Below, piece after piece: positions 13,623-26,650 of a DNA stretch of 64,000 nucleotides (within the stretch, counting starts at the first letter, position 1; each line of letters starts with the position of its first letter). Location of the stretch: NCBI GenBank assembly GCA_001662655.1, contig KV460206.1; one strand, written 5' to 3'. The position numbers and the translations under genes were made by a program. The notes beneath the pieces were generated by a model. That model did not search any database. It saw nothing but the letters and a program-made list of their open reading frames with translations, and was not told where the DNA came from. The stretch comes from Pseudogymnoascus verrucosus (taxonomy: Eukaryota).

Positions 13623-13955
13623 TTAACATGAAGGACGGTAAGATTATGAGCTGTACTACTATGGGTTACGGAAAAGTGTAAAGATATATCGTGTTAGATT
13701 ATCACATGTAAAATATATCAGTTGGTGTTGGGACAATATCTCGCATCTCTTCATTAATACATTTGGCCATGACACCAGATCAGTGCTAATGCAGTATACA
13801 AAATCCACCTAGCAAAATTGATCGTACATGAACATCCGTCTGTCTCCATGCTTCAAAAAAACGCCGCTCGGACATTCTAAACATGGAACTTTTGATTTAT
13901 GCGAGCCCCCGCACCCACCCTTAACCTTAACCCATCACCAGACACTAACACCCGT

Positions 13956-14965
<1,010 letters not shown>

Positions 14966-15387
14966 TGTTGCGGTAGTATGTCAATTCAAAGAAGAACGGC
15001 TCGTACGCAAAGGGGTAGGGACTTGAAGAAAAAATATTGTACAGAGATTTGGGGTTGTTGAAGGTGATGGCAGAAGCTGGCAAGTTTAAAAGCTTGGTTC
15101 GGACCTCGCTCGCAATCGGCGAAATGGATCGCTATAATCCCGGGCAAATAAAGCTGGCGTCTTTAGCCGGTATGCGCCGCCGAATTGCATGTTTGTTGCG
15201 TTGCGTTTGTTGCCTCAATCACGTGTGAGCGCTAAAAGCAGCGGCGCTTATTCGTTAAAGCGGCGTCACAAAGATGTCGCGTTGAGGTCAGCCTAGTAGC
15301 TAAGGTACAGTGCGGTCAGAATATCAAAGCTCCATATCGAACCCATCTGAACCACGACATCACATCCTCCCACATCACAACTTCATA

Positions 15388-16551
15388 ATGCCGGCCACTA
15401 CAGCAGAAGCCCACTCCCTCGTCACCACCACCGTCTCTGTCGCACCTCTCGTCCTCCTCTCCGTTGCCGATCACTATGGCCGCTCCGCAAAGGGCACTCG
15501 CAAGCGGGTGGTTGGTGTGTTGCTTGGACAGAACGAGGGGAAGAACGTGAGAGTATCAAACAGTTTCGCAGGTAGGGATCGCGCCTACATTCCCCGATGA
15601 GACCAATCTGACATCGTGCGCTACAGTGCCATTCGAGGAAGACGAGAAGGACCCATCAGTATGGTTTCTGGACCACAACTACGTAGAGTCGATGAACGAT
15701 ATGTTCAAGAAGGTGAACGCGAAGGAGAAGTTGATTGGATGGTATCATTCGGGCCCCAAGTTACGGGCATCGGATCTGGAAATCAATGAGCTGTTCAAGA
15801 GATATACGCCCAACCCGCTGTTGGTAATCATCGATGTCCAACCGAAGGAGGCTGGCGTACCGACGGATGCATACTTCGCAGTGGATGAGATTAAAGACGT
15901 AGGCGCTCTATGTTCTATCAAGCAGGAATCACAGCTAACAGTCTTCAGGACGGAACGACCACATCCAAGACCTTCGTACACACCCCATCTATCATCGAGG
16001 CAGAGGAGGCAGAGGAGATTGGAGTTGAGCACTTATTACGAGATATCCGTGATGTAGCAGTCGGCACACTCTCGACAAGGATTACGTCGCAACTGCAATC
16101 ACTTCAAGGGCTGCACTTGAGGCTGCGTGATATACAACAATACCTCCAGAAGGTCAGCGATGGGAAGTTACCAGTCAACCATGTCATCTTGGGCAACCTC
16201 CAAGATGTCTTCAACCTCCTCCCGAACCTCTCCACACCAAAGGCCTCCACATCAGAAACTCCAGGGTCGGGCGAGGCCACCAGCGAACTGGCACACGCCA
16301 TGAGCATCAAGACCAACGACCAGCTGATGGCCATCTACATTAGCAGTCTGATCCGCGCCATCACAGCCTTCCACGACTTAATCGAGAACAAGATCCAGAA
16401 CCGCCAGCAGCAAGAGGAGAAGGAGGCGAAGAAGGACGAGGATAAGGAGAAGGAGGGCAAGGATGCTAAGAAGGCCGAGGGCGTCACGAACGGGGAAATC
16501 ACCTCCGTAGACGACTCTGAGAAGGCGAAGGAGGACAAGGAGAAGAAGTAA
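15388..16551 (+). CDS. RPN8: 26S proteasome lid subunit Rpn8 (MPN domain), 3 exons
   Basis: [66 protein letters not shown] and a KEKE-rich tail. Confidence 0.97.
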
Positions 16552-17258
16552 TGTGGGTCGGCGAGGCGTCTGGTCTGCAAATCGTTGGCATGGTGTTCTG
16601 AGCGGCATATCGAACAAGGGCAAAATAGATATGCATTTGTACTATATAGTTAGTGGGCAATGGGGTGGTAATGCCATAGACGCAGCAAATGCAACTATCC
16701 ATGATTCCAAGAAGCTGAAGACTGAATTGCGGCAAAGAAAGAAGTAACATGTCATAAATTATGAACACGCCCCCATGTATGTATTATGTATTGTCACTAA
16801 ATCACCCAATTACTCAATCAGCATCTGTTCCGACTTCCGTCTTCCGTCCAATGATGCCTAAAAATTGAGGTTTGCTTGGTTGTCTTAGCGCGAACCCTCC
16901 CAAAAAGCAGGGTCAGTCGTCCAAAGCCTCATGGGTCCCGCCCGCCAAATTCACGCCGCGCCGAAAATCGCACCAGCGAACCACCTCAGGGACATTTACA
17001 ACAACCACAACCCCCATATACCCTCCAACGACTCTACGCAACACGACTAAACCACGAACTATCAAACCCCTACCGAATCCCACCCCACTCAAGCCCTCGA
17101 CAGGCCTTTTCCCCCACCGCCTCCCTGAGCCTCGCCCAGCCCTCGACCCCGCCCACGTACTCGCAGGAGGCGATGTGCAACCGCAGCTCGAAATCAGGAA
17201 GCTAGGACAGGACGAGCGCGCGCGCACACGATTCAGCAGTGGAGGGAAGAAGAGCGCG

Positions 17259-18537
17259 ATGCTCGCCGCGCCTAGCAACTCGAGCCCCCGCATCGCGTCG
17301 CCCGCGAGCACAACCACCAGCGCCTTCCGCTACAGCAACAGCAGCACCACCGCTAGCCCGTCGACCAGAAATGGCAAGAGCGCGAGCCCCGCGCTTCCCT
17401 CACTCCGCCAGCAGCGCGATATGACCGCCGATACGGCGTCGAATGGGGTGTCGGGGTCGCCGGCTACGACGGCGCTCGGATCGTCGAATTCGTCTCAGGA
17501 TCTGGTCGACTTGAAGAATCTGAATATGAGGCGCGAATCGCAGGATGAGGCGGGTAGACCGGATGAGTCTGGTAATGGGGGGGATGTCAATGGTGAAGGG
17601 CGCACACAGGGCGGCTCGGCAGGCGAAGGCGACGGAGTAAGAACAGCGATAGATATTCAAGCGCTCTTACAATCTCCCAGCGCGAAGCGCCGCCAGGACC
17701 CTAAACCAGCCAAGGACGGTTCATCACGGGCGAGCCAGCAATTTTTGCCTCCGAAGCGGCCGCGGGCAGCACAGAGAGCCCCAAAGGTGTTACCTATACG
17801 CTACGAACTGGTCGATGTGGAGGATATGGTTATTCTCGTTGCCGGTATGGTCTCGGAGCTGATCCAAACGAACGATAATCTGCCACTGCGGGATGTGGTA
17901 CTCACACGCTTCCACTCTCGGTTTGTCTCCCTCTCCTTATTGAATATAGCAATCGCTAACAACACACAGCACACCGCCAGGCATCTCAGTCCTCGACTAC
18001 CTCCAACGCCTCGCCAAGCACGCCGCACTCACCCCACCCCTCCTCCTATCCATGGTCTACTACATGGACCGGCTCTGCTCACTCTACCCCGCCTTCACAA
18101 TAACAACCCTAACCGTGCACCGCTTCCTCATCACCGCCGCCACCGTCGCCGCAAAAGGCCTCTCGGACTCCTTCTGGAACAACACAACGTACGCCCGCGT
18201 CGGCGGCATCAAGCTCGCCGAGCTAGGCCTGCTCGAACTCGAGTTCCTGCACCGCGTTGATTGGCGCATCGTTCCCAATCCGGAGGTGCTGGTGGATTAC
18301 TATCGGGGGCTTGTCGCTCGGACTGGTGATTACGTGATAGAAGACGAGGATGCGGATGTGGATGCCATGGGAGAGCCGGTAGTAGCAGGATCTGCAGAAA
18401 TGCCTGGCGAAGAAGGGGGAGGACGAGATACGAAATGGGAAATGTGGATGAGAGACGTGGCGCATACAACGGACACAAAAGGAGGACCATCTGGAGAGAA
18501 CTCTGGCAACGTCGGAGCAGCATCGGGGCAGCCCTGA
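17259..18537 (+). CDS. PHO80: Pho80/PREG-type cyclin of the Pho85 kinase; intron 17921-17970
   Basis: LTRFHSR|TPPGISVLDYLQRL, VYYMDRLC, LTVHRFLITAATVAAKGLSDSFWNNTTYARVGG, LLELEFL. The start is taken at the first in-frame ATG. Confidence 0.88.
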
Positions 18538-19133
18538 AGAGGGGTCACAGAACCCGGAGATTACTTAGAGATATAAGTCGCACATACATGCATGCATTAG
18601 TCAGGAGTTGGGGCTGGGTGGCGTTAATAGCGAAGAGGAGGGCCCTTCGCGCGGTAGGCGCTGGTTGTGGCGCCGGCCGATCGATTATGAAGGTTTGGAG
18701 ATGTGATGATGAAGGGATTTGGAAATGAAATTAGGGTCACTAATGCCGCTTTGTTGGTAGTACAATTCACGTATATATACTTTGTGCCTGTTGGTGTAAC
18801 TCTGACTGTGACGACTGGGATATGTCGTGCCATGGTATTGGAATAGGGGGTGTAAGATCTTATGTTGTGCATGTCGGATATTACTGCAGGTCCCTTGCGT
18901 TTGCGCCAGTAAGGTGTGGTAAGAATGAGAGCATATATCAATATGTAATTCCTATATATCTTGAAGGTCGAACCGCATATATTTAACGCCAACTACTTAC
19001 AAGAAACTATATATTTCCCCCCATCATCAAGTCCATAACATTGCCCATTTACGTGATTTTGCAGCGTTACTTACATCCATTTTCAGGTCAAGCATATCCA
19101 ACAGCCCAGTCCAGCTCAGCTATCTACCCCCCA

Positions 19134-20402
19134 TCATGTCGTAGCGGCCAACTCGCTGGGGCTAGCCGCAGCATCCGCCGCCATCCACGAAAGAATCTCC
19201 ACATCACTTGCCGACCCATCCGCCCTCCTCGCCGGCGACATCTGCTCCTCCCTCTTAAACGCCAAATCCGGCGCACATGAGGTAGCAGCGAGGAAGTAAT
19301 AGCGATGCGCATCCAGATCCAGCGTCGGGATCGTCCCAGCATTACACCCTGTCGTCGAGATCCCCTCACACACCTTGACATCCGCGAGCGTGTAATCCAC
19401 TTTGGTCGCCGATCCGTTGCTCAACCAGTACTCGGGGGTGGTGTGGCGGTAACCAGCGATCAGCATAGGTGGCAGGCGCGGCACGGGGTCGTTGACGTGA
19501 GTTACGCGCGCGGTGACGCCGGGCTGCGCAGAGACCCAGGAGGCGAAGGCGCCGTTACCAACGCGCGGCGAGCCGTAGGTGTAGAGGTCGGCAGCATATC
19601 CCTGGGAGCGCAAGTCTCCGGCTGCGAGGGTAGCGACGGCGCCACCGAGGCTGTGGCCAGTGATGACGATCTTGTAGGAGGGGTACTGGGCGCGAGTGGT
19701 TTTGAGGGCGGCCAGGATGGCGGAGCGGGGCTCGTACCAGGCGGTTGCGAAGCCGGCGTGGGCGGAGCAGCCGGAGCATCCGAAGTTGACGTAGCCGAAA
19801 TTGAGGTCGGTGAGGAAGTTGCGGATGGAGGAGGAGCCGCGGAAGGCGAGGACGATTTCCTGGCGCACGGTGGAGACGGAAAGGAAGCCTCTCATGTCTG
19901 TGAGGATGGAGCTGGGGTGTGTTAGTGGGTGAGTAGGGAGGCTGAGGGTGGGATTGGTGTTACCTGTCGAATTCGAGGACGGAGACGGCGTTGGCGGCTT
20001 GGACATCGGGGCAATTGCCTGTTGCGCAGCTGATGGGCGTGCCAGAGCTGTCAGCGTTGTTGGTGCAGTAGGCTGCGGCGGCATATTGAACGTAGAATTT
20101 CAATTTTGCGAAGAGAGCGGCGTCGACAGCTGGTGGGTTGTTAGTAGGCTTCTCTCATATGAATTATCATAATGCTCGTCGCTAGTAGTAAAGAATATGA
20201 AAACATAGCCCAGAATTATACAATCCTTTGAAATATGACAGGTAGTATTTTTCATGCACGTATTTGAGAATCCACTGTATTATAATCGAAAAGTTTAGCT
20301 CTTACCTCGTTTGGCCAGCGGAGATGTCTCAGTGAGAGCTATAGGCGAAGCAAGAACACTGGCCAGCACGCTGGCAGCGGCGAGGCTAGACGTGAACTTC
20401 AT
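19134..20402 (-). CDS. Secreted class 3 lipase, 3 coding exons; probable 5'UTR intron 20424-20479
   Basis: Signal peptide MKFTSSLAAASVLASVLA and propeptide ending AKR, then YAAAAYC, IVLAFRGS, AHAGF, GHSLGGA (catalytic Ser), YTYGSPRVGN, NDPVPRLPP and HRYYF. Confidence 0.93.
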
Positions 20403-21438
20403 GTTGTGTTGATGCTGTGCTACCTATCATGATGGGTTAGGGGCTATTATGCTTCCACGGTGGGACAGGATGGATATACCTTTGGTATGTAGTGTATGGA
20501 ATTGAAACGTAAGAACTGAGACGACGTCAAGGGACACCAGAGGGCCAAAGTAAAGACGCAGGACAGCGGGTATTTGAGACAACTGAAGGAATCCGTGAAC
20601 GAAGCAGAATATCTTCTCGCTGCAACAAATCGATCAAAGAAAGCGCATTTTGACAGAGAAAGAGACCTATCTTATACTCCCCAGCCAGCTCTCCAGCCGC
20701 TTGGCCTAAGACATTATCCAGAAACCGCCGAATGCTTCTCAGCTCCTCAATTCAGCGGAGCTGAGAAGCATTCGGGTGATCAGCGGTTACACTTGTCCTA
20801 TAGTGTCTCTTGCCTGAATCGGCATTGAAGCCAGTGGCAGCACAAGAACCCAAAATCTAGCGTGGCATAGCGTGAGATAGCGTGGTGTAGCGCTATGTGA
20901 GAAAGCCACAGCTCGGTGCATTATAAATGGTGAAAATGGTGTAAATGGTGGGTGTGGTGGTGTCAATTGCACATGTCTGCTGGAAGTTGTGTATAGTTGT
21001 GAACACTAGACGTCGTGTGGTGTAGTCACGATACCCCGTGATGCAACACGATGCAACCACACGCCGCCATAGGCCACAACCCCCGTCAAGCCATCACGCC
21101 GAGATCAACCTTACAGCGCCCTAACAGATCTACTCTGTAAGTCCCGCCGAGTCCCGCATATCACATACTCTAATCGTGGGGCGCCAACTAGACACTACGT
21201 GGTAAATACACGGTCCCCTGATATACCGCCAATACCACCAATACCGCCAAGTACCACGCACTTTCCGTGCCGCCGGCCTTATTATTCCCATCCCTTCCGC
21301 CGGTGTGACGACGATCGGGGAGGGAGAGCGGCACTTCACACTCCACCAGAGTACCTGCATCATGACAACGGCGCGGGACAACGCTGCACTCGCCCAGCCT
21401 GCGAGTTAATCTACAACCCGCCCACCACCACCGCCACC

Positions 21439-22161
21439 ATGTCCACCACCACGCAGCACCCCGTCCCTCTCCCCACACCCCGCGCTCTCCTTACCGCCCT
21501 CCTCTCCCTCCCCCCATCCACCACGCGTCCCCCATCCCCCAACCCCACACCCAACCCCCTCCTCCACGCTCCCGCCCCCATCCGCACCCTCCTCACAACC
21601 CTCCACATCCTCCTCCCCACCCTCCTCCTCCCCGCGCTCGACCTCCTCGACCGCGCCCTCCTAACCCGCATCACCACCCCCCCGCACCTTCCAGAACCGT
21701 CCACCACCTCCGCAACAGGGTCTAGCACCGAAGCACCGGGGTTGAAGCCTGCAGCCGCGCCAAGCGGGTCCCAGAGGAATACGGTCTACCTCGTGCGCTC
21801 TTCGCAGGCGACGCGCGCGCGCGGTGCGGTGGGGGAGAAGGTGTACATCGTTCGGCTGGGGGCGTGGAATTGCAGTTGTGCTGCGTTTGCGTTTTCTGCG
21901 TTTCCTGGGGCGGCGAGTTCACTTGTTTTTGGCGCGGAGGAGGAGGAGGAGGAGGGGGACGTGGAAATGGAAGACGTGGAGGCGGGAGGAGGGGAGTGGC
22001 GGTTTGGCGGGGTGAGTAGGGATGGGTTTGGCGGGGGAGTGCCGTGCTGTAAGCATATCCTGGCGTGTGTGTTGGCGGAGAGGATGGAGGGGTGGGTTGG
22101 GGGGGTGAAGGAGAGGGAGGTGGGGAGGGAGGAGATGGCGGGGTTGGGTTGTGAAGGGTAG
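21439..22161 (+). CDS. SWIM zinc-finger protein (Sws1/Shu2-like), intronless
   Basis: LLPALDLLDR, YIVRLGAWNCSCAAFAF and CCKHILAC form a CxC...CxH SWIM motif. The ATG is in a strong GCCACCATG context. Confidence 0.8.
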   Translation: MSTTTQHPVPLPTPRALLTALLSLPPSTTRPPSPNPTPNPLLHAPAPIRTLLTTLHILLPTLLLPALDLLDRALLTRITTPPHLPEPSTTSATGSSTEAPGLKPAAAPSGSQRNTVYLVRSSQATRARGAVGEKVYIVRLGAWNCSCAAFAFSAFPGAASSLVFGAEEEEEEGDVEMEDVEAGGGEWRFGGVSRDGFGGGVPCCKHILACVLAERMEGWVGGVKEREVGREEMAGLGCEG

Positions 22162-22648
22162 GGGCGTGGGACGGGGGATTGGTATGGATGAGAGTTTCTT
22201 GGGAGACGGAGGATATGGAATTGACATGTGCTGGAGTTTATTGGAGCGGGTTCGGGATGCTACCTTTGCTGGGTTGGTAGAACAGAGTTTGGGAGAATTG
22301 GGTCATGGTACGGTTTTCTCTTTGTCAGATATGGCCGAAATCACACCTTAGCCTCATCAGATGAGGCTCGATGAACAATAAAAAGCAAAATTTTCACATG
22401 CAAAGACGCACTACTAAGCACTTCCAAGCCAAAATTTATATTGCACTCTACTCTAAGGGGTATACTGGGTATCCGCCGCCGCACCAGGCTATAATTACAA
22501 ACTGAGTAAATGGCAAAATATATCTTCCCCGGGCCTACCACCACACCGCCCCTCCAAAATGCAACAGTAGTAGTAGATCTTAATATATGTCCAATATAGG
22601 TCACGAGCTCCTCCGCCGCGCTACCCCACAGACGGCACGGCACATTCA

Positions 22649-25600
22649 TCACCTCCTTCCCGTCGGATTCACGGCGCGCCGCTGCTTGTTGATCCAGCTC
22701 TTCGACACCTCGCTGCGTCGTTGCAGCATCACGGTGTTGCTCTGCACGCGGCTGGAGAGGTCGTACCATGCCATGGTCATCATGGAATACTCGCGCTTGA
22801 GATTGTCGTTCTCGCGCTCGAGGGCAACCTGCACGTTTGATTGCATTAGAAAGCGGGTTGTATCCAATATATAATTTAGATCGCAAGAGATAAAAGGGAC
22901 AACAAGCTTGGAAGAAATCATAACAAGTCATGTAAGATACAGAGCCAGCCCTGCACTCAACACACTTTCTACAGCGCGAACGAAATGACGGGAAAACTAG
23001 AAACATAAACATTACCTTCTGCGCATCGTTCCCATTCTCCTCCAACTCCTTGACCTGGGCCTAAAAACAAACAAATCAGCAACTCTCCTTCATCTCGCCC
23101 GTTCGTCTACCGACGCATCTTCGCCAGCACCTTGCCAATTGTGCTTCCCTTCTGGCGCTGTCGTATTTCGGCCTCTCTCACCAGCGTCTCCTGCGCCCGT
23201 GAGGCCGCTACAGTCTCAGCAGCAAAGCGCGCAGCGTCCAGCTCAGCATCTGTAAACGACGCCGGCGTAGGGACGCGGTGCAAGGTAGTGCCCGTTGCGG
23301 CGCGAGGGACGGGGATCCACAGGGGTTGTAGATAGGAGCCCTTACCTGGAGTTCTGCGATTGTTGCGTCTTTCTTCAATACTTCTTCGGCCTGTGAGGGT
23401 AGCTGTTAGTGATTTGCACTTGAACATCTTCTCACTGACGTGTCCACCGCCAGTGTGGTATGGCTCGCTGCGGGCTGTGGTGGGCCGGGATTCAGGCAGT
23501 GGGATGGTCGCGGGGTTAATGATCCTCGATGGGTGTGGGATGTGGGAAGAGAAATGGTTGCCGATGCGAGATGCCTGCGCAATTTCTTGTGCCGACAGCT
23601 TCGCGCTCTTGGTCCGCTTGGGGTAGGAGCCCACGAAATATCGGGTGTTGAAGATCCTCCAGTTCTTGGAATAGAGAGGAGAAAACGGAGTGCTTACGTC
23701 TGGTTGGGTTGGGGTCGCGGGGACTTCTTTGGGCTCGTCGTCCACGATAGGGGTTTCCTCGATGTTCGTGTTCTTCTCCAAGGCCTCGCGAAGCTTGTTG
23801 TTAGTGAGTAGCGACTCGATCAGCTGTGATTTCTGGGCCTCGTAGTCAATTAGGAGAGCCTTATATTTGCCCTTGAGAGCGGTTAATTCATTCTCAAAAG
23901 ACTTGGATAGGGATTCCTGAGTGGCCTTCAACTCCTCGAGGGCATCGATCTCCTCTTTCTCGACCATACTCACTATGAAAACGTTAGCATAAATCCACAA
24001 AAGGATAGGGGTAAACTTACAATCTGCTGTTGCCATCAAAAGCCCTCGTTTGGAGTCCTCATGCTCGGCCTCAAGAGCAGCAAGCTGCTTCTGAAGAGCC
24101 TCCAACTGCTCAGTCACGCTCGTATGCGCCTTCTTCAACTCCACAAATGCTAGATCTCTGTAGTACTCAGGTGTAAGCAAGGTTAACGTGCCAATGGACA
24201 TTGCGGCATTGACGAACTTTTTATTATCATCCACCAGATTCATCATCGCGCGCAGCTGCTGCTGCGTGATGACCTCCTTCTCAAACGCCTCACGATACTT
24301 CCCCTCAATGACCTTGATATGTGCGTCAGACTCCTCCAACTGTGCCCGAAGCGAGCTGTTCTCCTGGGCCGCGATCGTATTCCCCTTCAGGAGGGCATTC
24401 TCTGCCTTCAACCTGAAATTCTCGAGGTTGTTCTGTCGGTCTCCTTCAGAATTCTGCATCTGCTCTGCCAATGTTTGTCCGTGGGGTGAGATCTCGGGGA
24501 GAGGGGATTGCTCCCGTAGCTCGAACATGGCCTGTTCGTATTGTGCGATCTTCTCTTCCTGCGTCGACATCGAGTAGCGTAATTCGGAATTCTCAGCTTC
24601 GAGCATCTTCTTCTGGCTCCCAATCTCAAAGATTTCCATCTCGGCCTTGGAGATACTGTTTTGGAACTGTCTCTGGGAAGCCTCCAGACTGCTGTTACGT
24701 TCTATGATCTTATCGATGTGCTGAAACTGCGTCTTCAACTCCTCGTTCTCCAGCTCGAGGTCCTTGAAATTCTTTTGCAGGTCCTTCTGAACCTCGAGCT
24801 TGTTCTTGTAGCGGTCAACTGTGTTAGCTTTCTTGGTAAGCTCGTCGTTCTTGAACTCGAGCTCCTTGATCTCGTCTTGCAGCTGGATGAGGCGCGAGTC
24901 GGCATCTTTCAAGTTGGAAAGCTCCCGTCCCATCCTCGCCATCTTGTCGCGGTCTTGCTCAAGCTGGCCCTCCTGCGACTCAATCACCTCGTCCCGCTCT
25001 CTGATATCATCCTCAAGTCTCCGAATGCGATGCTCCGTCTCGTCGTCCCTGACGGGAGCGTTAAGTCTATCTTCGGCGTCTCTGAGGTGGTCCTGGAGGC
25101 TATCATTATTCTCCTGGAGGTGTGTTAACCGAGTCGTCAAATCTGCAGTCTGTTTCAGTAATCTCTCATTCTCTTGCTCAACCCCGCGCTTCTGCCCGAG
25201 CAGAACTCCATATCGATACTCGAGCTGGAACTCATCCGGAGTAGCTTTGCCAGGAGGGGGTTGGTATATCTTGTTTCCCGACTCCCTCGCCTCGTGGGCC
25301 TCCGTAATTCTCTGTTCTCAGTTAGCATCTAAATTTATATAGGAGGAAGGGGAGTACGCACTTGCTCAATAATATCCTTAATCTCTCCCTGCACGCCCTG
25401 ATCGAAAGTCATAATCGTACTGATGTAATCCTGGCGCCTGGGCCCGCTCATGGCGGCCACGAGGAGGAACGAAGTAAGCTGTTCACACAAGTCAGTAAAG
25501 GCTGTCCATCCACCATTGAGAGCCACGGCTACCTCTAGAATATCCTCCGTCTTGCCATCAGCGGAGATGGCGATGAAGCTCGGCGACTCCACCAGCTCCT

Positions 25601-25972
25601 CCAGCTCCGTGCATTCGGTAACGATGTAGTATCGTAGGCCGCGGATGACCGCTTGGAAGGTTTTCTTTTCGTTGCTGCGCCGTCTCGTAAAGGTCGGATC
25701 AATGTCCGCTGTGGTATATACATGTTAGCCTTCTGGGAGTCAAGGGGGGGAGGGGGAGGTACTTACCCATAACCTGGTATAGAAGTTTGCCATCGCTCAG
25801 GTCTACCAGAGACCTAGCTTCCTTATCGAGGGGGAATGTGTTCACCTGTAAGACAGCGTTAGCTCTGTGTGCCACAACCCTTATTATATATGTGTCTTGG
25901 GGAGGGGGAGGGGCGAGGGCATACCCAGTGCAGCAGCGCGGCCTGCGCCGCCTTGCTGTCAACTGAACTCAT
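22649..25972 (-). CDS. hookA: Hook-family dynein/kinesin early-endosome adaptor (HookA/Hok1 type), multi-exon
   Basis: N-terminal Hook domain AALLHW|VNTFPL...LVDLSDGKLL, a long coiled coil (KKANTVDRYKNKLE), and the C-terminal motif ENDNLKREYSMMTMAWYDLSSRVQSNTVMLQRR...SWINKQR. Confidence 0.9.
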
Positions 25973-26650
25973 TGTGGAGATTTGGTGTCGTTCTGTTACT
26001 GTGGGCTATGATCGCGCAAGTGCCAGTATGCTGCGAATAGTGATAGATGGTTGAATATCATTGTCGGTGGGCCGCAAATCGTCGTTGTATTATAGCTGTC
26101 GCAGTTTCATTGACGCGGCTTTGGCCTCGATATTAGGTCCTGTGAGGGAACACTTAACGACAGGGGTGCCGAGGGCCGATCAAAGCATAACGTCGTACCT
26201 TTATGCACGCCACAATGAGCCTATTTACGTACAACGGAAACCCCAAAGAACAACAAGGAATAAACTTCTAGAACAACTCAAAGTAATGAAGGGTTACAAT
26301 GATTTTCATTGTGGTTTAGTTTATATTTGGGATATTATTATTCGTCAAAGGACCGCATCTCTCACCATCTCCATTGTTCATCTACAAAGCATTATAATTA
26401 TCACTTTGATGGCATTCTTTTGTTCATTCACAAAGCATCAACCTTACACTGGTGGCATTCCCTTGTTCGTTCACAAAGCATTACCAAGCTCGCATCGAGG
26501 GCATTCCCTTGTTAATTCTCAAGGCACTCCCAAGCTCTACACACATTGAAGACTTTTGGCATCATATCCTCACTCTTTCATAATCTCATTGTTCATTTCT
26601 CAATTCATTATCAAGCTCTACCTCTATCTCGAGCATCCATCGACGACCCC

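Noticed and set aside
20433..20445. GGGTTAGGG telomere-like word
   Set aside because: It is a single unit coinciding with an intron branch point (CTAAC on the - strand).
22341..23045. 234-aa - strand ORF overlapping the Hook 3' end
   Set aside because: Only its first residues are a real exon. The rest is intron and out-of-frame last exon/3'UTR with no protein-like character.
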